A stretch of 41,002 nucleotides of DNA from an uncultured Chloroflexota bacterium (GTDB lineage: Bacteria; Chloroflexota; UBA11872; VXNJ01). Position 1 is the first letter of the stretch. Each line of letters begins with the position of its first letter. The DNA is taken from assembly GCA_964631365.1 (NCBI GenBank), contig CAZVZW010000003.1:1-41002 (forward strand), given 5' to 3'. Made by a program: the position numbers and the translations under genes. Below, piece by piece: positions 32,448 through 40,970 of the stretch. Under the pieces are notes generated by a model. That model was not told the origin of the DNA and did not search any database. It saw nothing but the letters and a program-made list of their open reading frames with translations.

Positions 32448-34478
32448 ATGAGCCTGAACATCGCGGTGGACGTCGGCGGGACGTTCACCGACTTGATATC
32501 GCTGGACGCGGTGGGTCGGATCGGCGAAGCGAAATCGCTGACCACGCCGGACGATCCTTCGGGCGGGATTTTCGATGTGCTCGGCAAGGCCGGGGTCGAT
32601 TTCGACGCCATTGCCTACTTCGTGCACGGCTCGACGGTGGGGACGAATCTGCTCATCGAGCGGCGCGGCCCGAAGGTGGGACTGATAACCACGAAGGGCT
32701 TTCGCGACATCCTGCGAATCCAGCGGGTGGTGCGGCCACGGTCTTTCGACCTGCACTGGGTGAAACCGCGACACCTGGTGGAACGGGCGATGAGCATGGA
32801 AGTACGCGAGCGGATCGGGGCGCACGGGGAGATCGTGGAGGAGTTGCACGCGGAGGACGTGCGGGCGGCGGTGGAGCGGTTCAAGGCCGAGGGAGTGACG
32901 GCGATCGCGGTGTGCTTCTTGTTCTCTTTCGTGAATGGCGATCACGAGCGCCGCACCCGGGAGCTGCTGAACTCGCTATATCCGGAGGCGTATGTGTCGA
33001 TCTCCTCGGAGGTCTATCCGCAGTGGCGCGAATACGAGCGGATGAGCACGACCGTGATCGACGTGTACCTGAAGCCGCGGATCGATGACTACCTCACTTC
33101 GCTGGAGACGGGACTGGCGGAGCGGGGGGCGTCGAAATTGCTGATCATGCGCAGCAACGGCGGCGTGATGACGACCGCCGGGGCCAAAGAGCAGCCGGTG
33201 ACGATGATCCAGAGCGGCCCCGCCGGCGGGGTGATCGCCAGCCTGTATACCGGAAGGCTACTGGGGCTGGATCCGTTGATGACGGCCGACATCGGGGGGA
33301 CGAGTTTCGATACCTGCCTGATCGCCGACGGCCGGCCGGCGACCACCAGCACCACGGAGCTGGAATTCGGTATGCCGATCGCGACACCGATGCTGGATAT
33401 CCGGTCGGTGGGCGCGGGTGGCGGCAGCCTGGCCTGGATCGACCCGGCAGGGCTGTTGAAGGTGGGCCCTCAGAGCGCCGGGGCGTTCCCGGGGCCGGCC
33501 GGCTACGGGCGCGGCGGGGAGACGGCCACTTCGACGGACGCGAATATCGTGCTGGGGTGGCTGGACCCGGAGTTTCGGTTGGGCGGCGACGTGCAGTTGC
33601 GTCCGGAACTGGCGCGGGAAGCGGTGGAGAAGATCAGCGCGGGGGTGGGGCTGGGACCGCGGCGGACGGCGGCGGGGATTCTGGACATCATGAACGCCAA
33701 CATGGCGGAGACGATGCGGCTGCTGACGATCGACCGGGGCCTGGACCCGCGGGAGTTCGCCCTGGTGGCGTTCGGTGGGGCCGGACCTTTGCACGGGGCC
33801 TACCTGGCGGAGGAGTTGGGGATGCGGCGGGTCGTGGTGCCGCCGTCGCCGGGCGCATTCAGCGCCCTCGGAGCACTGATGGCGGATACGCGATTCGACT
33901 ACGTTAAGACGCGGATGGCGTTTTCGGAGAGCATCGACCTCAACGCCATCAACGCCGACTTCGCCGAACTCGAGGAACGGGCGCGGCGGGATTTCGCGCG
34001 GGAGGGCTTTGCGGACCCGCCGGAGCTGCTCCGCAGCATCGACTTCCGCTACTCGGGACAGAACTGGGAGCTGGAGGTATCGATCCCGGGCGAGGCGGTG
34101 ACGGCGGAGACGATCGCGGCGGCGCGGGGACGCTATGACGAGGAGCACGACCGTCAGTTCGGCTGGTCGTTTGCCGACTCGGAGTTCGAGTTGGTGAACT
34201 TCCGGGTGGTGGCGCTGGCGCGGCACGGGGAAATGGTCTTGCCGGACGTGGCCACGGGTCCTCCGGCGGAGCCAATCAAGACGGCCGGAGTGTACTTCAG
34301 CGAGGCCGACGGCGAGGTGGAGACGCCCTTCTACCGCAGGACGGAACTGACGGCCGACAGCGAACTGGCGGGGCCGGCAATTGTGATTGAGGACGATGCG
34401 ACGACGCTGCTGCCGCCGGCGTGGACGGCGCGGGTGGAGCGGCACGGCAGCATCATCATGGAAAGGAGCGCGAAATGA
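32448..34478 (+). CDS. Hydantoinase/oxoprolinase family protein, A-type subunit (HyuA-like), copy 2
   Basis: ORF 32448..34478. N-terminus IAVDVGGTFTDLI. Collinear with copy 1 but clearly divergent. Confidence 0.9.
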   Translation: MSLNIAVDVGGTFTDLISLDAVGRIGEAKSLTTPDDPSGGIFDVLGKAGVDFDAIAYFVHGSTVGTNLLIERRGPKVGLITTKGFRDILRIQRVVRPRSFDLHWVKPRHLVERAMSMEVRERIGAHGEIVEELHAEDVRAAVERFKAEGVTAIAVCFLFSFVNGDHERRTRELLNSLYPEAYVSISSEVYPQWREYERMSTTVIDVYLKPRIDDYLTSLETGLAERGASKLLIMRSNGGVMTTAGAKEQPVTMIQSGPAGGVIASLYTGRLLGLDPLMTADIGGTSFDTCLIADGRPATTSTTELEFGMPIATPMLDIRSVGAGGGSLAWIDPAGLLKVGPQSAGAFPGPAGYGRGGETATSTDANIVLGWLDPEFRLGGDVQLRPELAREAVEKISAGVGLGPRRTAAGILDIMNANMAETMRLLTIDRGLDPREFALVAFGGAGPLHGAYLAEELGMRRVVVPPSPGAFSALGALMADTRFDYVKTRMAFSESIDLNAINADFAELEERARRDFAREGFADPPELLRSIDFRYSGQNWELEVSIPGEAVTAETIAAARGRYDEEHDRQFGWSFADSEFELVNFRVVALARHGEMVLPDVATGPPAEPIKTAGVYFSEADGEVETPFYRRTELTADSELAGPAIVIEDDATTLLPPAWTARVERHGSIIMERSAK

Positions 34479-36280
34479 GCGGGGTGGACGCGCGGGCGGA
34501 AGCGGAACTGGAACTGCCGGAGATCGCCGATCCGATCCTGCTGGAGGTGGTGCGCAACTACCTGGTGAGCACCTGCGAGGAGATGGGGATGGCGATGATG
34601 CGCACTTCCTACTCGACGATGTTCAACGAGGCCCGCGACTTCTCCTGTGTGATCTTCGACGCCCGCGGCGAAATGGTGGCGCAGGGGGACTTTTGCCCGG
34701 CGCACATCGGAGCGATCGTGCACACCGTCGAGTGGGCCGTCAAAGAGGTCGGCCCGGAGAACATGCACCCCGGCGATGTGATCCTGCACAACGACCCGTA
34801 CCGCGGCGGCTGCCATCTGCCGGAGTTCATGACCATGAAGCCATGCTTCCGGGACGGCGAGATCGTGGCCTACGCGGCGAACATCGCCCACATGACCGAC
34901 ATCGGCGGGATGGTTCCGGCCGCGTTCGGCGATACCCGCAACATTTTCCAGGAAGGGCTGCGGCTGCCGCCGGTGAAGATCTATCGCGACGATCAGCCGG
35001 TGGAGGACATCTTCGCGATTATCACTTCGAATGTGCGCACGCCGGTGGTTTCGCGGGGTGACCTGATGGCGATGGTGGGGTCGACCTACCTGGCGGAACG
35101 GCGGATCCTGGACCTGGTGGAGAAGCACGGGATCGAGCGCTTCAACGAACTCGCGGCGCAGATGAAGGATGTCTCCGAGGTGCTGATGCGCCGGGCGATT
35201 CGGCGAATCCCGAACGGCGAGTACACCGCCGAAGGCTTGCTTGAAGACGACGGCGTGATTCCCGACCGGCCGTGGAAGATTCGGGCGACGCTGGTGGTGC
35301 GCGACGACGAGATCATCGTCGACTACACCGGGTCGGACGAGCAGGCGGCGGGGGCGATCAACCAGTCCTTCGGCACCACCGCCTCCGCCACCTACGCCGG
35401 CATTTTTCACATGGTCGACGAGGACATCCCGTGGAACCACGGCGCCTATCGCCCGATCAGCATCGTGGCCCCGCCGGGGTCGATTGTGAACGTGGAATAC
35501 CCGGGCTCGTGCGTGGGCGGCAACTCGGATACCTACCCGACGACCGTGGATATCCTGCTGAGCGCGTTCGCCCAGGCCAGCGACCGTAGCTCGGCGCCGG
35601 ACGGCGGCACCTGCGGGTTGCTGGGCTTCTACGGCAACTCGGTGGACACCGGCCAGCCGTTCGTAATCCTGCATCACGAGGGGATGGGCTGGGGCGGCCG
35701 CGACGACGCCGACGGCAACGACGCGCAGATTGTGAAGAACGGCAACTGCCTGAACGCGCCCTGCGAAATCTGGGAGAGCCGCTACCCGGTGCGGATCGAG
35801 GAATACCGGATCGCCGACGGCAGCCCGGGGCCGGGGCGGCAGCGGGGCGGGGCCGGGGTGCAACGAATCTGGCGGTGCCTGGAGCCGATTACCGTGAGCG
35901 CGCACCTGAACCACACCCGGCTGCCGATCTGGGGCCTGCACGGGGGGAAGGCCGGGGGCAACACGGCGCTGCTGTTCAAACGCGACGGCGAGGATGAATG
36001 GCGGACGGCGACCGATCTGTTCGGCACGATCTCGGACGGCAAGTTCTCGAACGTCATGCTCGAGGCGGGCGACCAAATCCTGCTGCGGATGCCGGGCGGG
36101 GGTGGCTACGGCGATCCGCTGGATCGCGATCCGCATCTGGTGGCGGAGGACCTGCGCGACGAGTTGATCGGGCGGGAGGCGGCCGAAGCCGTGTACGGGG
36201 TGGTGATCGGGGTGGACTTTGCGCCGGACGCATCCGCAACCGCCCGCCGGCGAGAGGAGTTGCGCCATGCCGCTTCGTGA
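34475..36280 (+). CDS. Hydantoinase B/oxoprolinase family protein (HyuB-like), copy 2 (no C-terminal extension)
   Basis: ATG 34475 inside ORF 34421..36280, with ATGA overlap and SD GGAAAGGAG. Motifs RTSYSTMFNEARDFSC and [13 protein letters not shown]. Confidence 0.9.
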   Translation: MSGVDARAEAELELPEIADPILLEVVRNYLVSTCEEMGMAMMRTSYSTMFNEARDFSCVIFDARGEMVAQGDFCPAHIGAIVHTVEWAVKEVGPENMHPGDVILHNDPYRGGCHLPEFMTMKPCFRDGEIVAYAANIAHMTDIGGMVPAAFGDTRNIFQEGLRLPPVKIYRDDQPVEDIFAIITSNVRTPVVSRGDLMAMVGSTYLAERRILDLVEKHGIERFNELAAQMKDVSEVLMRRAIRRIPNGEYTAEGLLEDDGVIPDRPWKIRATLVVRDDEIIVDYTGSDEQAAGAINQSFGTTASATYAGIFHMVDEDIPWNHGAYRPISIVAPPGSIVNVEYPGSCVGGNSDTYPTTVDILLSAFAQASDRSSAPDGGTCGLLGFYGNSVDTGQPFVILHHEGMGWGGRDDADGNDAQIVKNGNCLNAPCEIWESRYPVRIEEYRIADGSPGPGRQRGGAGVQRIWRCLEPITVSAHLNHTRLPIWGLHGGKAGGNTALLFKRDGEDEWRTATDLFGTISDGKFSNVMLEAGDQILLRMPGGGGYGDPLDRDPHLVAEDLRDELIGREAAEAVYGVVIGVDFAPDASATARRREELRHAAS

Positions 36281-36458
36281 GGTGAACGAGATGCCGCGCT
36301 GCGCGAGTTGCGGAATCCTGATGCCGACCGCCGAGATCGAGAAACAGCACAGGGGGCACACGATCCTGGTGTGCAGCGAGAAGTGCTTCCGTACGTATCG
36401 GACCTACGTCTACCCGAAGTACGGGGCGAGCCCGCCCCGGCCCGGGGAGTCCGGCTAG
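36267..36458 (+). CDS. Small Cys4 zinc-ribbon (TRASH-like) protein
   Basis: Within ORF 36219..36458. ATG 36267 has [10 protein letters not shown] upstream and overlaps the HyuB2 end by 14 nt; ATG 36291 is an alternative start. CASCG-x20-CSEKC followed by F.R.YR.Y mirrors the HyuB1 tail. Confidence 0.6.
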   Translation: MPLREVNEMPRCASCGILMPTAEIEKQHRGHTILVCSEKCFRTYRTYVYPKYGASPPRPGESG

Positions 36459-36722
36459 AGCGGGCAGCGTCGGCGCGGGTCGTGGAGGTGCCTGGTCGAC
36501 CAGTCCGAAGGCGATAGCCGGCGGGCGCCGCCGCCGCTCCCCTGGCTCTCCTGCCCCCTCCTCGGCCTATCCGCGTTTCTCCCCCGCCCCCTTGCCCGCG
36601 CCCTCGGCCGCCGCGAGAACTGGACCCTGTAGTCCGGGGGCCGGGGGCGTGGACGTGGGATTCGGGGTAGGCTCAGGCGATCAGCCATAGGCATGCAGGA
36701 CACTTCCGGAGGTGACGGGGCG

Positions 36723-38072
36723 ATGGCGATGAAGGCGAAGGCCGACTCGACGAACGTCGACGCCGACCGGCATTTCGCGGCGGCGCGTAAGGTCCTGGTC
36801 GCCGGCATTTCCGGCGCGGCCCGTGAGAATACCGCCCTGGGCTGGCCGATGTTGGCGGCGCGTGGGGATGGGGCGTGGACCGTCGCGCCCGACGGCACCC
36901 GCTACATCGATCTTCACGGAGGCTACGGCGCCACCATCCTGGGTCACAATCATCCCCGGGTGCGGGCCGCCATCGAGCGGGCGCTCGACATGGGTATCGT
37001 CTTGGGGCCCGAGACCCTTTACCAGGAGCGGCTCGCCGCCCGCCTGGTGGAGGTCATCCCGAGCGCCGAGCTGGTCCGCTACGCCAGCTCCGGGACCGAA
37101 GCCACGATGTCCGCCATCCGCCTGGCCCGCGCCCATACCGGGCGCGACAAGATCCTGAAATTCGAGGGGCATTTTCACGGCCTGCACGAGCTTGTGGTTT
37201 TCAGCACCCACCCGCCGGCGCGGCCGCCGGCGCCCGGCGAGTTGCTGGCACCGATCGTGGACTCCGGCGGCGTCCCGGCGGCGTTCGCCGGCGCGGTGGT
37301 GGTGGCGCCGTGGAACGACATCGCCGCCGCCGAGCGCGCCTTCCGCGAGCATGGCAACGACCTGGCCGCCGTCATCATGGAGCCGGTCCACTACAACGCT
37401 GGCTGCATCCTGCCCGACCCCGAGTACCTGCGGGTGGTGCGCGACTTGGCGACTCGCGCGGGCACCGTCCTGATCTACGACGAGATCCTGTCCGGGTTCC
37501 GCACCGGGATCGGCGGTGCCCAAGGGCATTTCGAGGTCTTCCCCGACGTCACCCTGCTCGGCAAAGCGGTGGCCAACGGCGTGCCCATCGCCGTGATCGT
37601 CGGGAAACGAGAGGTGATGGAGTCCTTCAGCCCCCTCGGCACCGCCGCCCACAGCGGCACCTTCTCCGGCCACCTCTTCGGCGTCCTCGCCTCCCTCGCC
37701 ACCCTTGAAGAACTGTCCGCCCCCGGGTTCTACGACGGACCGGCCGGAATCCTGGCGATGGCCGAACGGTTGTACTCAGGCCTGCGGGAGGTTTTCGCCC
37801 GCGCCGGTCTCAACTGCAGCGTCAACGGCTTCGGCACCCGCTTCGCGCTCTACTTCGGCCAGGAGCCGGACTTCATGCCCCGCGCCTATCAGGACATCAC
37901 CGGCTGCGACACCGATCTGCTGCGCCGGTTCGCGCGCGCCTGCTTTGAGAAGGAGGTCGTGTTCCACACCTACGACGTCGTCATCGGCCATCACGGGTTC
38001 GGCCAGGCGCACGACGCGGCGGTCATCGACGAGGCGTTGAACCGCATCGAGAGCGCCTGCGCGACCCTCTGA
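36723..38072 (+). CDS. Class-III pyridoxal-phosphate aminotransferase (glutamate-1-semialdehyde aminomutase-like)
   Basis: ORF 36693..38072. I prefer ATG 36723 because GGAGG lies 10 nt upstream. Motifs SSGTEATMSAIRLARAHTGRDKILKFEGHFHG and YDEILSGFR, with the PLP lysine in LLGKAVANG. C-ending codon style, unlike the hydantoinase genes upstream. Confidence 0.85.
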   Translation: MAMKAKADSTNVDADRHFAAARKVLVAGISGAARENTALGWPMLAARGDGAWTVAPDGTRYIDLHGGYGATILGHNHPRVRAAIERALDMGIVLGPETLYQERLAARLVEVIPSAELVRYASSGTEATMSAIRLARAHTGRDKILKFEGHFHGLHELVVFSTHPPARPPAPGELLAPIVDSGGVPAAFAGAVVVAPWNDIAAAERAFREHGNDLAAVIMEPVHYNAGCILPDPEYLRVVRDLATRAGTVLIYDEILSGFRTGIGGAQGHFEVFPDVTLLGKAVANGVPIAVIVGKREVMESFSPLGTAAHSGTFSGHLFGVLASLATLEELSAPGFYDGPAGILAMAERLYSGLREVFARAGLNCSVNGFGTRFALYFGQEPDFMPRAYQDITGCDTDLLRRFARACFEKEVVFHTYDVVIGHHGFGQAHDAAVIDEALNRIESACATL

Positions 38073-38108
38073 TCGGCCAAATCCCGCGACCGGCCCCCGC
38101 CGAGCCGC

Positions 38109-38336
38109 CTACCCCGGCAGGTCGAAAAGGATGATCTCAGCCGTCGCCTGCCCGCGCACCGCAACCTCCGGCTCCCTCGCGTATTCCAGCGCATCCCCGG
38201 TCGCCAACCTGTGGCCGTCGGCTTCGATTTCACCTTCAGCGATGAAAAGGTAGGCGGAGCGGCCGGATGCCAGGGGATGGCCGACGCCGGTGCCGAGGGC
38301 GATTCCGAACACCCGATTGCGCGGGCGATCGTGCAT
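38109..38336 (-). pseudogene. C-terminal remnant of a pirin-like cupin
   Basis: The 75-aa ORF ends AYLFIAEGEIEADGHRLATGDALEY...AEIILFDLPG, which resembles the last cupin strands of pirin/YhaK-type proteins. No SD and no N-terminal domain. Confidence 0.4.
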
Positions 38337-38528
38337 GGCGCGGAGTCGCGTGGGGTCGAGGCGCCTCGCTCAGGCAGGTTCCGCTCGATAACCGGCGGGG
38401 GCGTGCGCGCCCGGGTCGGCGAGCGCGAGGTCGTGGTCGGGACGGAAGCCTTGCTGACCGAAGAGGGGATTGCGGTCGGCGAGGCCGCCGACACCGCAAA
38501 CTCGCCGGCGGCGGTCCTGGCGGTGGCG
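38280..38528 (+). pseudogene. Internal fragment of a heavy-metal (P1B-type) translocating ATPase
   Basis: Frame of ORF 38211..38714. AGAEGDSEHPIARAIVHGAESRGVEAP...F.SITGGGV.A.VGEREVVVGTEALLTEEGI matches the SEHPLA nucleotide-binding-domain region. About 80 of roughly 750 aa survive; the flanks are arginine-rich nonsense. Confidence 0.55.
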
Positions 38529-38796
38529 GACGAGGTGTCGTGGGAGTTGAGGCGAGGGAGCGGTTGGGGCCGGAAGAATACCCGGCGCAGGACTCGGGCA
38601 GCGGCGGTAGCGACTCGACCGATGCGGCGAGCCGGGCCGGCCGTGCCGTACACGGGCCGCGAAGGTCACCGGGATCTTCGCCAGCGTAGGACAATCATCA
38701 CCTTCAAAACCTAGCAGAGATGCGGCCCGGAGCGCGGCCTGTTGCCGGGGCGCATAATCGAGACGGGCCGATCCGATTCAGCGCGGGGTTTGCGAT

Positions 38797-40359
38797 ATGT
38801 GGATTGCGTACAAGGAAGACCAGCGGTTCAAGAACGTCGGGAACCAGCGGCAGCTATTCATCGATGACGACGTGGTAGCGGCGGTGAAGAACCTGACCCG
38901 CCGGCAGCACACGCCGAAGAAGCACGAGCAGAATCCGCTGATCAAGCGCGACCAGCCCTGGGAGGTGAATCCGTACTTTCGCACCAGTTGCTTCAGCGTT
39001 GTGCGTGACGAGGCCGACGGGCTCTTCAAGTGCTGGTACCAGGATTTCTATACCTACGGGACGGTGGCCAAGGACGACTACGACCTGCAGAGCCTGCGGG
39101 CGCGGGTCTACTACGCCGAGTCGGCCGACGGGCTGAACTGGACCAAGCCGGCCACCGGCATATTCGAGATCGACGGCCGCGACACCAACACCGTGTTCGG
39201 GCATCCGCCGTACCGGGAGGTGATCTGCCCGAACATCTTCCTGGACGAGCGCGACCCGGACCCGGCCCGGCGCTTCAAGATGGTCTATCTGTACCACGGT
39301 GAGACGGTGACCAACCCGAAAAAGGCTTACGCCGGGCAGATCAGCGGCGGGCTCTGTATGGCCGAGTCGCCCGACGGCATCCACTGGACGCCCTTCGCCG
39401 GGAACCCGATCGTCCCCGGCTGGTTCTCGGACGTGGAGATCATGTCCTGGGACGAGATCGACGAGAAGTACGTGCTCTGGGGACGCTACGGCGGGATGGC
39501 CGGCGAGAGCGATCACCCGGCGATGGATAACTGGTTCGGCCCGGTGTGGCCGGCCCGACCGGAGGGGACCTGGGGCGTGCGGAGGCGGATCTATCGCATC
39601 GAGAGCCCGGACCTGGTCGAGTGGAGCGAGCCGGAGTTGCGCTGGGACCCGGGCCCGGAGGCGAACCTGGACGACGGTTACTACGGCTTCGTGCACTGGC
39701 GCGCCGGGGAGATGCACCTGGGGCTCCTGGACGTGCTGCACCAGGTGGACAACACGATGGATATGTATCTGCACCACGGGCGCGACGGGCGGGAGTGGAA
39801 TCGCTTCCTGGAGCATCGGCCGTTCATCCCCCACGGCGGACCGGGGAGCTACGACGAGTTCGGGGTGGAGACGACCTGCCGGCCAATAGAGGTGGGGGAC
39901 GAGTTGTGGTTCTACTACGGCGGCATGAAGGTGCATCACGACTGGTGGGTGATCGGCAACGACGAAGGACTGGACGTGCCGGAGGCGATCGATCCGAAGA
40001 TGGGGATGGACGGGCACCACCTGGCGCTGGCGACGCTGCGCAAGGATGGCTACGTGTCGCTGGGGGCGACGGTGCGCGAGGGGTGGGTGGAGACGAAGCC
40101 GGTGTACTCGACCCACCTGCACCTCTACATCAACGGTGCCTGCGCGCCCGACGGGCACATTCGGGTCGAGGTGATGGATACGTTCAACAACGTGTGGACG
40201 GGCTTCTCGCGGGATGACTGCCAGGCGTTCACCGGCGACGCGGTGCGGCACCGGGTGGAGTGGGCGGGCGGGGATGTCGTGGACGGGATCCCGGGCGGGG
40301 TGAAATTGCGCATCTGGCTGAAGAACGCGGAGTTGTACGGGTTCGAGTTCGGAGACTGA
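38797..40359 (+). CDS. Beta-propeller glycoside-hydrolase-like protein (GH32/43/68/130-type fold), function unknown
   Basis: ORF 38797..40359. Recurrent blade motifs AESADGLNWTKP, AESPDGIHWTP, IESPDLVEWSEP. N-terminal RQLFIDDD...NPLI...PWE and C-terminal LRKDGYVSL beta-sandwich-like tail. Confidence 0.5.
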   Translation: MWIAYKEDQRFKNVGNQRQLFIDDDVVAAVKNLTRRQHTPKKHEQNPLIKRDQPWEVNPYFRTSCFSVVRDEADGLFKCWYQDFYTYGTVAKDDYDLQSLRARVYYAESADGLNWTKPATGIFEIDGRDTNTVFGHPPYREVICPNIFLDERDPDPARRFKMVYLYHGETVTNPKKAYAGQISGGLCMAESPDGIHWTPFAGNPIVPGWFSDVEIMSWDEIDEKYVLWGRYGGMAGESDHPAMDNWFGPVWPARPEGTWGVRRRIYRIESPDLVEWSEPELRWDPGPEANLDDGYYGFVHWRAGEMHLGLLDVLHQVDNTMDMYLHHGRDGREWNRFLEHRPFIPHGGPGSYDEFGVETTCRPIEVGDELWFYYGGMKVHHDWWVIGNDEGLDVPEAIDPKMGMDGHHLALATLRKDGYVSLGATVREGWVETKPVYSTHLHLYINGACAPDGHIRVEVMDTFNNVWTGFSRDDCQAFTGDAVRHRVEWAGGDVVDGIPGGVKLRIWLKNAELYGFEFGD

Positions 40360-40871
40360 CTGCCGGCAACCGGCTGTCGCCTGACCGGGGCGGCGTCGGC
40401 GGTGCGACGTAGGTCGGCGCCGGGAATCCGGCACGGTGCAGGAGGTTGGAATGGAAGGCAGAAGGCTGGGGACGACCGACATCGGGGCGGCCCGCCTCGG
40501 CTCGCCCGCCGCCCGCATCCGCTGCTGACAGCAGTCTGCGAAGCTGGCCGCCCGTCAATCGCGCTCACCGCCAGAGAAGACGGCTAAACCTAGCTGCCCT
40601 CCACCCGCCGCCGAATGCCGTCCAGCATCCCCCACTGCATCAGCGCATCCACTGGGACGACCAGCGCGTCCGTCACCCACGGCACCCACCACTGCCCCGA
40701 GACTCCACCCGCGTCCGGACGATCAGCCGCGTCGCCACCTCCACCTTCGTCGTCCCCAGGTTCGCCAGCCACGTCCTACCGGGCTTGCAGGATGCCGCCG
40801 CCGAACGGCTGGATGAGTGGCTATCGGGAGGCTAGGCGGACGCTCAGACGGGGTAGCACGAGGCCAGCTTT

Positions 40872-40910
40872 CGAGGCTGTCTCAGACCGGGCGTTAGCAA
40901 ATTGTTAGCA
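40872..40910 (+). repeat. Second copy of the composite motif CGAGGCTGTC-N10-CGTTAGCAA-N3-GTTAGCA
   Basis: See 1510-1548. It lies 61 nt from the 3' end of the tRNA gene. Confidence 0.7.
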
Positions 40911-40970
40911 AACGGGCAGTTCGCAGCGGTTGTGCAGATCGCGCCGGTGGTTGCCAAACCTGTGAAACGA

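Noticed and set aside
36492-36503. Perfect 12-nt palindrome CTGGTCGACCAG downstream of the Cys4 mini-gene.
   Set aside because: A single occurrence with no loop, so not a terminator hairpin, and no T-run or partner site. It is likely chance in GC-rich DNA.
36530-36610. Pyrimidine-rich tract (CCGCCGCCGCTCCCCTGGCTCTCCTGCCCCCTCCTCGGCC...CCCCCGCCCCCTTGCCCGCGCCC) between the Cys4 gene and the aminotransferase.
   Set aside because: No repeat unit, secondary structure or ORF could be defined. It is noted only as the spacer separating the two codon-style blocks.
40451-40528. 25-codon ORF with a strong SD, considered as a real small protein or the start of an aldo/keto reductase.
   Set aside because: It is too short, the similarity is limited to about 10 residues, and no continuation appears in any frame. 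It is treated as part of the decayed region rather than a gene.
1510-40910. The idea that the two GTTAGCA composite motifs are attL/attR of a ~39-kb genomic island integrated at the tRNA gene.
   Set aside because: The repeats do not overlap the tRNA (61 nt away). They are conserved only in short blocks rather than as a continuous identical core. No integrase or excisionase is present. The interior is compositionally heterogeneous rather than one foreign block.
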